From contig CAWAIF010000003.1 in the NCBI GenBank assembly GCA_963782055.1, positions 4,512,001-4,576,000 of the forward strand: DNA of 64,000 bases, in the 5' to 3' direction. The DNA is from an uncultured delta proteobacterium (GTDB taxonomy: Bacteria; Myxococcota_A; Polyangia; Polyangiales; Polyangiaceae). The notes below the pieces were generated by a model that ran no database searches, was not told where the DNA came from, and saw only the letters and a list, made by a program, of their open reading frames with translations. Shown here one piece after another: positions 27,963 through 39,025 of this stretch. Every line of letters begins with the position of its first letter. Position 1 is the first letter of the stretch. Both the position numbers and the translations under genes were made by a program.

Positions 27963-28541
27963 ATGGACCCGATCTTCTTCACGCTCAAGCGGAGCTACTA
28001 CGCGACGCTGCGGCTCACGCGGCGCATGCTCGCCGCGGCGGGGCTCACGGCGGCGCGCTTCGATCTGCTCGACGCCATCTACCGGCTCGGCACGAGCGCC
28101 GTCATCTGCCAGAGCCACCTGCGGATCGGCCTCGGCGTCGCTCGCTCCACCATCAGTCGCATGATGATGTCGCTCGAGCGTCTGGGCCTGGTGGCCCGCC
28201 GTCGCGTCGGCCGCGAGTGCATCGTCGCGCTCACCCCGGAGGGGCGTCGCCGGGTGCGGCGCGCCTTCTTCGGGCTGGTGCTGACCGGCCACGTCGCGCT
28301 CGCGCTGGACAGCGCCCTCACGCCGAGCACGCGGCACTGGCCGGCGCAGGACGCGTGCCTCCGCGCCCGAGACCGCCTCGCCGCGCTGTGCATGCGCATC
28401 CGCCTCGCCTTCGGCGACGGGGCGACGCTGGACCGCGCGACCTGGTGCGGATTCTGGCGCGAGCGCGAAGGGTACCGCGCCCGCGCCAGGCAACGCGCCG
28501 CCGAACGGCGGGAGCGCGCGCTCGCGGGTGCGTACACGTAA
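27963..28541 (+). CDS. MarR-family transcriptional regulator
   Basis: GLTAARFDLL...LGVARSTISRMMMSLERLGLVAR...VALTPEG. Confidence 0.85.
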   Translation: MDPIFFTLKRSYYATLRLTRRMLAAAGLTAARFDLLDAIYRLGTSAVICQSHLRIGLGVARSTISRMMMSLERLGLVARRRVGRECIVALTPEGRRRVRRAFFGLVLTGHVALALDSALTPSTRHWPAQDACLRARDRLAALCMRIRLAFGDGATLDRATWCGFWREREGYRARARQRAAERRERALAGAYT

Positions 28542-28568
28542 ACGCCAGCGGCCGGCGCCCGCCCGCCG

Positions 28569-29960
<1,392 letters not shown>

Positions 29961-30007
29961 CGGGGCCCCCCACGTTGCCGCGCTTCGTGGTACCTCTCAA
30001 GGCAGAA

Positions 30008-32665
30008 ATGCCGCTCGAAGACGCCGTCGCGTGGAACGTCGGCCGCTACACGGTCCATGGGGAGATCGCGTCGGGCGGCATGGCGACGGTCCACATCGGG
30101 CGCCTCGGCGGCACCGCCGGCTTCTCCAAGCTGGTGGCCATCAAGCGGATGCACCCGCAGTTCGCCAAGGACCCGGACTTCCTCGCGATGTTCGTCGACG
30201 AGGCGCGCCTCGTCACGCGCATCCGCCACCCCAACGTCGTGCAGCCGCTCGACATCGTCGCCGAGGGCGGCGAGGTGCTCCTCGTCATGGAGTACATCCA
30301 CGGCGAGGCGCTCTCCCGCATCAACCGCGTGCTGCGCCCCAAGAACGAGCGCATCCCCATCCGCATCGCGGCGGCCATCATGAGCGGCGCCCTCCACGGC
30401 CTCCACGCCGCGCACGAGGCGAAGAGCGAGAAGGGCGAGCCGCTCGACATCGTCCACCGCGACATCTCCCCGCAGAACATCATCGTCGGGGTCGACGGCA
30501 TCTCCCGCGTGCTGGACTTCGGCATCGCCAAGGCCGCCGACCAGGTCCACCTCACGCGCGAGGGCGAGCTCAAGGGCAAGCTCGTCTACATGGCGCCTGA
30601 GCAGCTCCTCGGCGAGCGCGTCACCCGCCGCACCGACATCTTCTCCGCCACCGTCGTCCTCTGGGAGTGCTTGACGGGTCAACGACTCTTCGAGTCGGAG
30701 TCGCAGTCGCCCCTGCTCGCTCGCGCCAAGCACCAGAAGATCGAGCCGCCGAGCGAGCTCTCGCCGGAGGTGCCGCCGGCGCTCGACGCCGTCGTGCTCA
30801 AGGGCCTCGCGCTCGACCAGGACGACCGCTGGGCGACCGCGCGGGAGATGGCCATGGCGCTGGAGGAGGCCCTCCCGCCGGCGACGACCGCACAGGTGGG
30901 CGTCTGGGTGGAGCAGGTCGCGGCCAAGGCGCTCGCCAGCCGCCAGGCGCGCATCCACGAGATCGAGTCGGCGGGCGCGGAGAGCACCGCCCGCACCCGC
31001 GAGATGGTCGCCGACATCGCGTCCGACCGCATCTACACGCGCGACATCGTCTCCTCCAACACCGCGCGCAGGACGCCGCCGCCCGCCCCGCACAGCGCGC
31101 GCACCGGATCGCAGCGCGCCGTCGCCCCGCCGCCTCCCCCCCCACCCGACGCACCGCCCACCCGCATCGGGCCGCACGCGAGCCAGCCGGACGCACCACG
31201 CTTCTCCTCGCCCGACGGCAGCGGCGGCTTCCGCGCGGGTCCGCCGAGCGGCGGCTTCGATGCGCGCTTCGGACCGCCGAGCGGCAGCGGGCCCCATGCC
31301 GGCGCCATCGGGCCCCAGACCGGCAGCGGCCCCTACCCCGCCCCACGCCTCTCGCGTCCCGACGGCTCCGGTCCGGCCCCCAGCCTGCGCGATCCCTACT
31401 ACGTCCCGCCGGGCAACCCGCTCGCCATGCCGCAGGGACCGGTGTCCCTCGAGCCCCCGCCCATCCCCACCGAGCACGCCAAGCCCGCCAAGACCACGGT
31501 GCAGAAGATCGGCCGGCGCAGCCGCCTGGGCACCGTGCTCCTCTTGCTCCTGATGATCGGCGTCATCGCCGCGGTGGTCGGCGGCCCCGTGCTCATCAAG
31601 CACGACTACCAGGACCGGCTCCGGGCCGCCGGCATCGAGTCCACCATCGACGAGGTCGACCTCTTCTCCCAGCTCGGCACCGCGCGCCTCGTGGGCGTCA
31701 CCCTCACCTCCCCCGGCGTCCCCGGTGTCAGCGTCCACGCCAACGAGGTGCTCGTCGAGCTCAACCGCCGCCTCGAGCCCACCTCCATCGTCGCCCGCGA
31801 GGTGGATGCCACCGTGGAGGTCGGGTACGCGCCGCTCCTCTCCACCTACGGCGACTGGAGCAACAAGCACTCCGAAGGCCGCTTTCTCGGCCTCCCCGCC
31901 TCCGTGCGCCACTTTCGCGTGGAGACCGGCAAGCTCACGTGGAACCAGCCGTCCGGCGCCGGCACCAAGGTCCTCGCCTCCGGCATCATCTTCGACACCA
32001 TCGCCGCGGACGGCAGGCCGCTCGGCGAGGACTGGGCGCTCAAGCCCACCTCCCTCGACCTCACCACCCCGGCGGGCGCCGCCGGCCCGTGGCTGATGGA
32101 CGGCAAGCACGAGACCGGGGTCACCACCGTCAGCGTGAGCTTCAACCAGGCGCACCAGCAGTCCTTCGGACTCGACGTGCGCACCGCCAACGGCCAGACC
32201 GACATCGACCTGCGCGCGGCGCGCGCCACGCTGGAGGACCTCGGCCTCAAGCCGGTCGAGATTGGCGGCGATCCCACCGATCAGGTGAAGGTGGACGCCG
32301 CGGCGCACGTCACGCTCAAGGCCGACACGGTGCAGGGCAACGCCAATCTCACGGTGGACGGCATGCGCGCACCGAAGGGCCCGCCCGGCCAGCTCGTTTT
32401 GAAGGGCAGCTTCGGCGGTCCGCGCGGGCGCTCCCTCGAGATCAAAAGCGGGCGCATCGCGCTCGGCGCGCAGGAGGCGAGCCTGGGCGGCACCGTGATG
32501 GTCTACCCCGACGGCTTCTCGCTCAAGCTGGCGGCGCTCGTGCCCGCGCGCTGCGACGCCGGCGTCGTCAGCATGTCCGTCGCCACCGCGCTCGACTCGC
32601 GCGATCTCGGCGCGGCCACGCTGGAGCTCTCGCCGCGCGGCTGCACGCCCGGCAAGCACAAGTGA
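30008..32665 (+). CDS. Membrane Ser/Thr protein kinase with a beta-rich periplasmic domain
   Basis: VAIK, HRDISPQN, DFG, YMAPE; Pro-rich linker; one TM; ~370-aa beta-rich C-terminus. Confidence 0.93.
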   Translation: MPLEDAVAWNVGRYTVHGEIASGGMATVHIGRLGGTAGFSKLVAIKRMHPQFAKDPDFLAMFVDEARLVTRIRHPNVVQPLDIVAEGGEVLLVMEYIHGEALSRINRVLRPKNERIPIRIAAAIMSGALHGLHAAHEAKSEKGEPLDIVHRDISPQNIIVGVDGISRVLDFGIAKAADQVHLTREGELKGKLVYMAPEQLLGERVTRRTDIFSATVVLWECLTGQRLFESESQSPLLARAKHQKIEPPSELSPEVPPALDAVVLKGLALDQDDRWATAREMAMALEEALPPATTAQVGVWVEQVAAKALASRQARIHEIESAGAESTARTREMVADIASDRIYTRDIVSSNTARRTPPPAPHSARTGSQRAVAPPPPPPPDAPPTRIGPHASQPDAPRFSSPDGSGGFRAGPPSGGFDARFGPPSGSGPHAGAIGPQTGSGPYPAPRLSRPDGSGPAPSLRDPYYVPPGNPLAMPQGPVSLEPPPIPTEHAKPAKTTVQKIGRRSRLGTVLLLLLMIGVIAAVVGGPVLIKHDYQDRLRAAGIESTIDEVDLFSQLGTARLVGVTLTSPGVPGVSVHANEVLVELNRRLEPTSIVAREVDATVEVGYAPLLSTYGDWSNKHSEGRFLGLPASVRHFRVETGKLTWNQPSGAGTKVLASGIIFDTIAADGRPLGEDWALKPTSLDLTTPAGAAGPWLMDGKHETGVTTVSVSFNQAHQQSFGLDVRTANGQTDIDLRAARATLEDLGLKPVEIGGDPTDQVKVDAAAHVTLKADTVQGNANLTVDGMRAPKGPPGQLVLKGSFGGPRGRSLEIKSGRIALGAQEASLGGTVMVYPDGFSLKLAALVPARCDAGVVSMSVATALDSRDLGAATLELSPRGCTPGKHK

Positions 32666-32678
32666 GCGGCCCGCGCGC

Positions 32679-34211
32679 TCAGCCGCTGCCGAAGAGTCGC
32701 TTTGGCAGCGCCCCGAGGAGCGTGAAGATGGCGCCGATCTTCCCGAAGATGGAGGTCGACCCGCTCCGCAGCTTCGCGAAGGCGAAGGCGATGGTCCGCA
32801 GCGTCGGCGTGTAGGGGTACCACCACACCTCCCGCTTGCCGCGGTTGCGGTCGACGAGCACGAAGCGCGGGCGGGTGAGCGCCTCCAGCGCGAAGGGCGA
32901 GTTGGTCACCCCGTAGCCCGTCTCCCCGAAGCCGCTCCAGGGCGCCTGCGGCAGCGCACCGGTGAAGGCGTGGTTGTTGACCGTCACCACGCCCGCGCGG
33001 AGCTTGTGCGCGATCTCCTCCCCGCGCCGCACCTTCTTGGTCCACACGCTGGCGGTCAGGCCGTACTTCGAGTCGTTGGCGAGGCGCACCGCCTCGTCGG
33101 CGTCCTTCACCACGCGCAGCGGGAGCACCGGCCCGAAGGTCTCCTCGCGAAGCAGGGGGAGATCGTCCGATTCCACGCGCAGCACCGTCGGGGCGAAGCC
33201 GTAGCCGTCCTCCAGCGCCTCGCCACCGGCGAGCAGCTTGGTGCCCTCCGCCGCCTTCGCGCTCGCCACGTGATCGGCGACGATCCCTCGCTGCGCCTCC
33301 GTCGCGAGCGGCCCCACGTCCTCGAAGGTGCGCAGCCCCTTCACCACCTCCGTCACCTTAGCCGCGAAGGCGTCGGCGATGGCCTTCTCCACGTAGACGC
33401 GCTCGATGGCCGCGCAGTTCTGCCCGGAGTTGGCGAGGCCGCCCCACACGACGCCGTTGGCGGCGCGGTCCAGGTCGGCGTCGGCGAGCACGATGGCGGC
33501 GTCCTTGCCGCCCAGCTCCAGCGAGCACGGGATGAGCCGCTCCGCGCACGCCGCCGCGACCTTCTTGCCGGAGCGCACGCTCCCGGTGAAGACCACCAGG
33601 TCCACGTCCGAGGCGCAGAGCGCCGCGCCGGCGTCCCCGCCGCCCTGCACCACCGTGAAGACGCCCGGGGGCAGGAGGCCCTCGAAGAGAGCGCCGATCG
33701 CGGCGCCCGCGCGCGGGGACACCTCGCTCGGCTTGAAGAGGACCGCGTTGCCCGCGAGCAGCGCCGGCACGATGGTGCGCAGCGGCAGCGCCACCGGGAA
33801 GTTCCACGGCATGATCACCACGACGACGCCTCGCGCGTCGCGGTAGATGGTGCCCGACTTGCTCGGGTACGAGAGCGGGTCGATGTCCACCACCTGCGGC
33901 TCGAGCATCTCCTCGATCGACTTGCTCCAGTAGTCCACCACGTCCGCCGACGGGAGCACCTCGGCGAGCACCGCCTCCGTCTCCGGCTTGCCAATCTCGC
34001 GGTGCAAGAGTTGCCCGATGGCCTCTGCGCGGTCCAGCACCCGGTCCTTCACCGGGGCGATCGCCTTGACCCGCTCGTGCGGGGACCTCGCGGCCCAGGC
34101 GGTCTGCGCCTCCCGCGCCTTGTTCACCAGGGCGGGCAGCTCGTCCAGCGGGGTGCTCTCGATGGCATCCAGGGAGGACAGGTCCAGCGGGCTCTTGTCG
34201 GCCAGGTTCAT
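32679..34211 (-). CDS. Aldehyde dehydrogenase
   Basis: PWNFP, KPSE, FTGS, LELGGKD, GQNCAAIER, EETFGP. Confidence 0.95.
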   Translation of the reverse strand: MNLADKSPLDLSSLDAIESTPLDELPALVNKAREAQTAWAARSPHERVKAIAPVKDRVLDRAEAIGQLLHREIGKPETEAVLAEVLPSADVVDYWSKSIEEMLEPQVVDIDPLSYPSKSGTIYRDARGVVVVIMPWNFPVALPLRTIVPALLAGNAVLFKPSEVSPRAGAAIGALFEGLLPPGVFTVVQGGGDAGAALCASDVDLVVFTGSVRSGKKVAAACAERLIPCSLELGGKDAAIVLADADLDRAANGVVWGGLANSGQNCAAIERVYVEKAIADAFAAKVTEVVKGLRTFEDVGPLATEAQRGIVADHVASAKAAEGTKLLAGGEALEDGYGFAPTVLRVESDDLPLLREETFGPVLPLRVVKDADEAVRLANDSKYGLTASVWTKKVRRGEEIAHKLRAGVVTVNNHAFTGALPQAPWSGFGETGYGVTNSPFALEALTRPRFVLVDRNRGKREVWWYPYTPTLRTIAFAFAKLRSGSTSIFGKIGAIFTLLGALPKRLFGSG

Positions 34212-34255
34212 CGGGCGGGGAGCATACACGAGCCGGAACGCGCTAGCCTGCGCGC

Positions 34256-34747
34256 GTGCGCCCCAAAAAGCCCACCGGCCTGCAGCTCGTGGTCGCCTAC
34301 AAGGTGATCAAGGCGGTGCTCCAGGCGCTGCTCGCCGCCGGCCTGCTGGTGGTGGTGTGCACCGGCCACACGACCCGGCTGCTGTACTTCGCCGAGCTGC
34401 TGCGCCGCAACTTCGCCGGCGAGTGGAGCGTACGCCTCGCCGACTTGCTGGTGACGGCGACCACCCCGCGTCACCTGGTGGTGATCGTCGTCGCCCTGGC
34501 GCTGGACGCCGTGGCGTCCGTCTTCGAGGGCTTCGCGCTCGTCCGCGGGTGGTGGTGGGCGCCGTGGCTGGTCGTGATCGCCACCTCCTCCTTGCTGCCC
34601 TTCGAGCTGGTGGCGCTCTTCCGGCACGTGCGGCTCGGGCGGCTGCTGATCCTCGCGGTGAACGTGGCGATCGTGCTGTACCTGGGGCGGCGCGCGCTCC
34701 GGGAGCACGAGAGGAGGAAGGAGCAGCAGGCGACGGCGGACTCCTAG
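34256..34747 (+). CDS. DUF2127-family membrane protein
   Basis: EGFAL...WWAPWLVVIATSSLLPFEL...NVAIVLYL. Confidence 0.85.
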   Translation: MRPKKPTGLQLVVAYKVIKAVLQALLAAGLLVVVCTGHTTRLLYFAELLRRNFAGEWSVRLADLLVTATTPRHLVVIVVALALDAVASVFEGFALVRGWWWAPWLVVIATSSLLPFELVALFRHVRLGRLLILAVNVAIVLYLGRRALREHERRKEQQATADS

Positions 34748-34776
34748 GCGCGCCGGTCGACCGGCACACCGGACTG

Positions 34777-35943
34777 CTAGCTGCGCAGCAGCCAGTGCCG
34801 CTCGGCCGACGGCACGTGCCGCGGGTCGCCCCAGCGGGTCAGCGGCAGCACGGCGCGCAGCATCGCCACCGCGCCGGAGAGGACGGCCGGGGACGACGTG
34901 CCGGGGGGCCGGCGCGCGAAGGCGGAGCGCCGGGGCAGCTGCCCGAGCAGCGGGTGTCGCAGGACGGCCCGGCGGTACCCCTCGAAGCCGAAGCGCCGGC
35001 GCGCGAACGCGTCCGCGACGGCGTCGGCCACCACCTCGCCGTACGCGAGCGCGAAGGAGATGCCCTCCCCGAACATCGCGTCGACGCCCGCCGCGTCCCC
35101 GGCCAGGAGCACGCGGTGTGCGCCGAGCGGACCGTCCGGGTCGAAGACGCGGATGGGGTGCCCCTTCAGCTCGAGCGCGTCGAGCTCGTAGCCTCGCCCC
35201 TTCACGTCGCGCGCGAGCACCCGCGGCAACGAGGCGCGCGGTCCGCCGGAGAGGTTGCAGTCGTAGACGCCGCGGCTCACCAGCGGCTCCCCGGCGACGC
35301 GTGTCGGGAAGACCCACGAGTAGCCGTGGACGCCGTCCCTGCGGGCGTCGAGATCGAAGACCGCGACGCCGTCCTCGAAGAGCGCCATCTCGTCCTGCGC
35401 GGGCGGCGTCATCACCTCGAGCAGCCGCGCGAGGTGACCCGCGTCGCGCAGCCGGAGCAATCGCCGCACCATGCTCTTCGAGCCGTCGGCCCCGACCACC
35501 ACCTGGGCACGAAAGACGGCGCGATCGGTGCGGACCTCGACCCAGTCGTCGTGCGGCGTGATCGCCGTCACGCGCTCGCCCTCGCGCACCCGCACGCCGG
35601 CGGCCTTCGCGCGCCCCAGCAGCCAGTGATCGAACTCGTCGCGGCGGGCGATGCGCAGCACCGGGTCGCCACGGAACCGGGCCACCTGGCCGCCGAAGCG
35701 GAGCTGCACCTCGCGGATGGCGAGGTGCGCGGGCTCGAAGGACAGGCCCATCCGCGAAAGGACGCGCTCGCCGAGGTGCGTCACCGCGCCGCCGCACAGC
35801 TTCTCCCGGGGGTGTACCGCCGCGTCGATCACCACGACGCGACGCGCCCAGGTCGGGTCGCGCCGGGCGAGGTTGAGCGCGGAGGACGACCCCGCGGGGC
35901 CCGCGCCCACGATGAGGACGTCCACGTGCTCGGGCGCGGTCAT
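34777..35943 (-). CDS. Geranylgeranyl-reductase-family FAD oxidoreductase
   Basis: IVGAGPAG, PREKLCGG, RDEFDHWL, VVGADG, YSWVFP, LAGDAAG...GEGI. Confidence 0.9.
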   Translation of the reverse strand: MTAPEHVDVLIVGAGPAGSSSALNLARRDPTWARRVVVIDAAVHPREKLCGGAVTHLGERVLSRMGLSFEPAHLAIREVQLRFGGQVARFRGDPVLRIARRDEFDHWLLGRAKAAGVRVREGERVTAITPHDDWVEVRTDRAVFRAQVVVGADGSKSMVRRLLRLRDAGHLARLLEVMTPPAQDEMALFEDGVAVFDLDARRDGVHGYSWVFPTRVAGEPLVSRGVYDCNLSGGPRASLPRVLARDVKGRGYELDALELKGHPIRVFDPDGPLGAHRVLLAGDAAGVDAMFGEGISFALAYGEVVADAVADAFARRRFGFEGYRRAVLRHPLLGQLPRRSAFARRPPGTSSPAVLSGAVAMLRAVLPLTRWGDPRHVPSAERHWLLRS

Positions 35944-37532
35944 CGCGACGCCACCAGGAGCGCGGCCTGCTGCCCGGTGCGGACCGCCGACTCCATGCTG
36001 GCGGTCGGCTGTGTGGACTTCAGCCAGTCGCCCGCCAGCACCAGGTTCTCGTACGGGCACTCGCGCGCGTCCGGGCGGAACTTCCAGTGCCCGGGCTCCA
36101 TCAGCAGGTAGCGGAGGTGGTTCGGCGCGTTCCGCCGCAGCTCGCACGCCCATCCGTTGCGCTTGCCCAGCGCGTCGGCGATCCACTCGGTCCGCATCAG
36201 CGAGAACGGGAGCGAGGCGAACTGCTCGAGGATCAGTCGCTTGAGCTCCGCGTTCGACATCGCGCCGTGCAGCCCCTCCTGTCCCTCGAACTCGACGACG
36301 CTGGCCCACGGACCGTCTCGCAGCTCGTCGATCCGGTTGGCGTAGTCGATGACGGTCGCCGCCGGCTGCGGCGTGCCCATCACCACGGTGGTGAGGTCGG
36401 GCGGGAGCAGCTTCCTGGGGCTCCACACGCGCATGGAGATCGACGCCACGGTGCGGAGCTGCCACATGTTCCGGAAGAAGGCGTGCTCGAACACCGCGCG
36501 CTCGAAGTCCGGCGTGGCGCGCAGGAGTGCGCGGGTGGAGTCGACCGGGAGCGTGGACACCACGACGTCGAAGTCCTGGCCCCGCCGCCGCACCTGCGTG
36601 TCCGATCGCTGCGAGACCGGCTCGCCGGCGGCCGAGGACGGCACCCCGTCCTGGGGAGCCTCGTCGGGGTCGCCGTCGACGAGACGCAGGTGCTGGTGCG
36701 CCGGCTCGACGCGCCCCATCGGGGCCAGCTCGACCGACGTCACCAGGCGCCCCGCCGCGTCCAGGCCGAGCGCCACCGCCTTGCGACCGAGCTCGATCCG
36801 GCCGCCGAGCTCCCTGAAGCGGCGCTCGAGCGGGTCGATGATGACCTCCGAGAGGCCGCCGTTGAGGTAGAGCACCTCGGAGGCGTCGTAGCCGAGGAGC
36901 TTGCGGAAGCCGTACGCACCCACGTACGCGCTGCCCTGCTGCGGGTAGTTGAAGGCGAGGTCCAGCACGTAGCGGAACCACGCCTTCTGCGTGAGGCCCA
37001 GCGAGAGTCCGTGCGCCAGACAGAACTCGGTGAAGGAGTACTCGTCGATCCCCGGGTCGATGTCCTCGGGGGCGTGGCGCGCGAAGTACGCCCCCATGCG
37101 CGCGCCGAAGCGGGCCAGATCGATCTTCTCCCGCGCCGTCATGCCCTGGTAGGGCGACGCGAGATTGGCCAGCAGCGCGCCGACGTCGAAGGGCCCCCTG
37201 GGGATGCGTATGCGGTTCAGCGCGCGCGCCGACGGCTCGTACATCAGGTGCTCGCCGCCGTTCGAGGTGAAGTAGCGCGCGTCGGTGGTGGGTCGCCCCG
37301 CCCGCGCGAGCAGCGCCCGCAGCGCGGTGTAGTAGCCGAAGATCGCGTGGAACCCGGTCTCCATGAGCCGGCCGTCGGCGTGGCGCCACGAGGCGGCCTT
37401 CCCGCCGAGGTGGTGCTCCATGCAGACGAGCGTCACCTCGTGGCGCTCCCCGCCGCCGTCCTCCAGGAGTTCGATGCCCGCCGTCAACGCGGAGAGCCCA
37501 CCCCCGAGGATGAGGACCTTGCGCCGGGCCAT
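35940..37532 (-). CDS. FAD-dependent desaturase/amine-oxidase family, PDS/ZDS(CrtP/CrtQ)/HpnE-like
   Basis: ILGGGLSAL, LGGKAASW...METGFHAIFGYY, NLVLAGDW...ASMESAVRTG. Confidence 0.85.
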   Translation of the reverse strand: MARRKVLILGGGLSALTAGIELLEDGGGERHEVTLVCMEHHLGGKAASWRHADGRLMETGFHAIFGYYTALRALLARAGRPTTDARYFTSNGGEHLMYEPSARALNRIRIPRGPFDVGALLANLASPYQGMTAREKIDLARFGARMGAYFARHAPEDIDPGIDEYSFTEFCLAHGLSLGLTQKAWFRYVLDLAFNYPQQGSAYVGAYGFRKLLGYDASEVLYLNGGLSEVIIDPLERRFRELGGRIELGRKAVALGLDAAGRLVTSVELAPMGRVEPAHQHLRLVDGDPDEAPQDGVPSSAAGEPVSQRSDTQVRRRGQDFDVVVSTLPVDSTRALLRATPDFERAVFEHAFFRNMWQLRTVASISMRVWSPRKLLPPDLTTVVMGTPQPAATVIDYANRIDELRDGPWASVVEFEGQEGLHGAMSNAELKRLILEQFASLPFSLMRTEWIADALGKRNGWACELRRNAPNHLRYLLMEPGHWKFRPDARECPYENLVLAGDWLKSTQPTASMESAVRTGQQAALLVASR

Positions 37533-38956
37533 CACGCGCGCTTCGGGTTGAGCTTCACCGCGAGCCGCGTCTCCCCGCGCAGCACGTGGTCCGAGGAGTG
37601 CGCCTGCACCAGCACCTCGCACCGCTCGCTCGCGCCGCCCTCGTGCGGGAAACAGAAGACCGAGATCCCCAGGTCATCGGCGGCCGCGATCGTCCGGCCG
37701 TCCTCTCCGACGACGCGGACCTGGTAGCGCAGCTCCACCGCAGGATCCCAGTTGCGCACCCTCCAGCGCAGCACCACCACGGTGTGCCCGCCTTCGTGAC
37801 GGACGATGGGCTCCTCGACCGACACGCGCGGGGGCGCGTAGCGCTTCAAGAGCTCGGCGAAGCCGTCGCCCTGGACCGCGACGCCCTCGATCCGCCCGCG
37901 CACCTCGCACGTGCCCTCCCAGAACGCGCCCCACTGGTCCGCGAGCGGCGCGAGGCGGCGGAGAAACGCCCACGGCGAGTCCTCGGGGAGGAGCCACCCG
38001 ATGGGTGTCATCTGGTCAGGATGACGCGGGCGGATGACGAGGTCGCAGTCCCACTCCGGGGCGATCAGCCGCCACCCGGCGGAGTACACCGCGCCGGTGG
38101 TGGGGTCGCGGTGGAAGCCGGTGCGCTGCAGCCGGTGGCTACCCACGAGGCGGCCGGTGGTCCCGTCGGCGCGCAGCAGACCCGCGCCTCCGTAGGCGTC
38201 GCGCCCGGGGAGCTGCCCGTCGGGTGTCCACACGCTCGTCAGGATCACGTCGCTGCCGTTCGAGAGCTGCAGGGAGAACCACTCGTACTGCTCGAAGAGC
38301 CGGGGGTTGCGAAAGGGGGTGACGAAGAACGGGCCCCACTGGTGATCCAGCCAGGCGCTGCCCTGGACGGCGAGCGCTCGCGGCTGGCGCCCCCCGAGCG
38401 TCACGGTGCCGGACGCGGTCATCCGCGTCAGCGAGTAATAGAAGAACCAGCCGTCGTCGGAGAACGGCAAGAAACCCGGGTTGCCCGCGTGGTACGGCGC
38501 CTTCGTCGGGTGCAGCTCGAGGTCGAGGCGGAAGCCCGGACCGACGGCCTCGAGCCGGCTGGAGTGCGGCTCGCCGGTGCTCGTCCAGCGGTCTCTCCCG
38601 TGCGGGTGGCGGAGCGAGAGATCGTGGCGCTCCGCGCTCGCGCTCAGCAGGCCGAAGGTGGTCCCGGTGTGCTCTTCGATGAGACGCCACTGCGGATCGA
38701 AGCGCCGGACCGTCGCCAGCCTCAGGCCCTGGGTGAAGTACGCGACGAAGACGACCACGTGGTTGCCTTCGTCGTCGACGAGGTGGATGTTCGTGTACAT
38801 CCACTCCATGGTGCCCAGGCTCGGGTTGGCCCAGCCGCCGGGCAGGAGCGAGTGCCACCCTTCGTCGCGCGGGAACACGAGGGCGGTGCCTGGCTCGTGT
38901 GATCGCCCCGTCACCGGCGCCCGGTGACGGTGAACGCTCTGCATGTCGCTGACCAT
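37532..38956 (-). CDS. CrtC/AttH-like double lipocalin-fold protein with a C-terminal FN3-like tail
   Basis: FPRDEG.H, EWMY, YYSLTRM, AWLDHQWG, YEWFSLQL, FWEG; start 38956 or 38944. Confidence 0.85.
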   Translation of the reverse strand: MVSDMQSVHRHRAPVTGRSHEPGTALVFPRDEGWHSLLPGGWANPSLGTMEWMYTNIHLVDDEGNHVVVFVAYFTQGLRLATVRRFDPQWRLIEEHTGTTFGLLSASAERHDLSLRHPHGRDRWTSTGEPHSSRLEAVGPGFRLDLELHPTKAPYHAGNPGFLPFSDDGWFFYYSLTRMTASGTVTLGGRQPRALAVQGSAWLDHQWGPFFVTPFRNPRLFEQYEWFSLQLSNGSDVILTSVWTPDGQLPGRDAYGGAGLLRADGTTGRLVGSHRLQRTGFHRDPTTGAVYSAGWRLIAPEWDCDLVIRPRHPDQMTPIGWLLPEDSPWAFLRRLAPLADQWGAFWEGTCEVRGRIEGVAVQGDGFAELLKRYAPPRVSVEEPIVRHEGGHTVVVLRWRVRNWDPAVELRYQVRVVGEDGRTIAAADDLGISVFCFPHEGGASERCEVLVQAHSSDHVLRGETRLAVKLNPKRA

Positions 38957-39025
38957 CGCGGCGCCACCCTACCTCCCCCATCGCGACTCGTCACGCGCGA
39001 CGGGACGTGCCACGCGCCGCGGCCG

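Noticed and set aside
34777..37389. 870-aa desaturase-reductase fusion
   Set aside because: The two enzymes are in different frames with an ATGA overlap at 35940-35943
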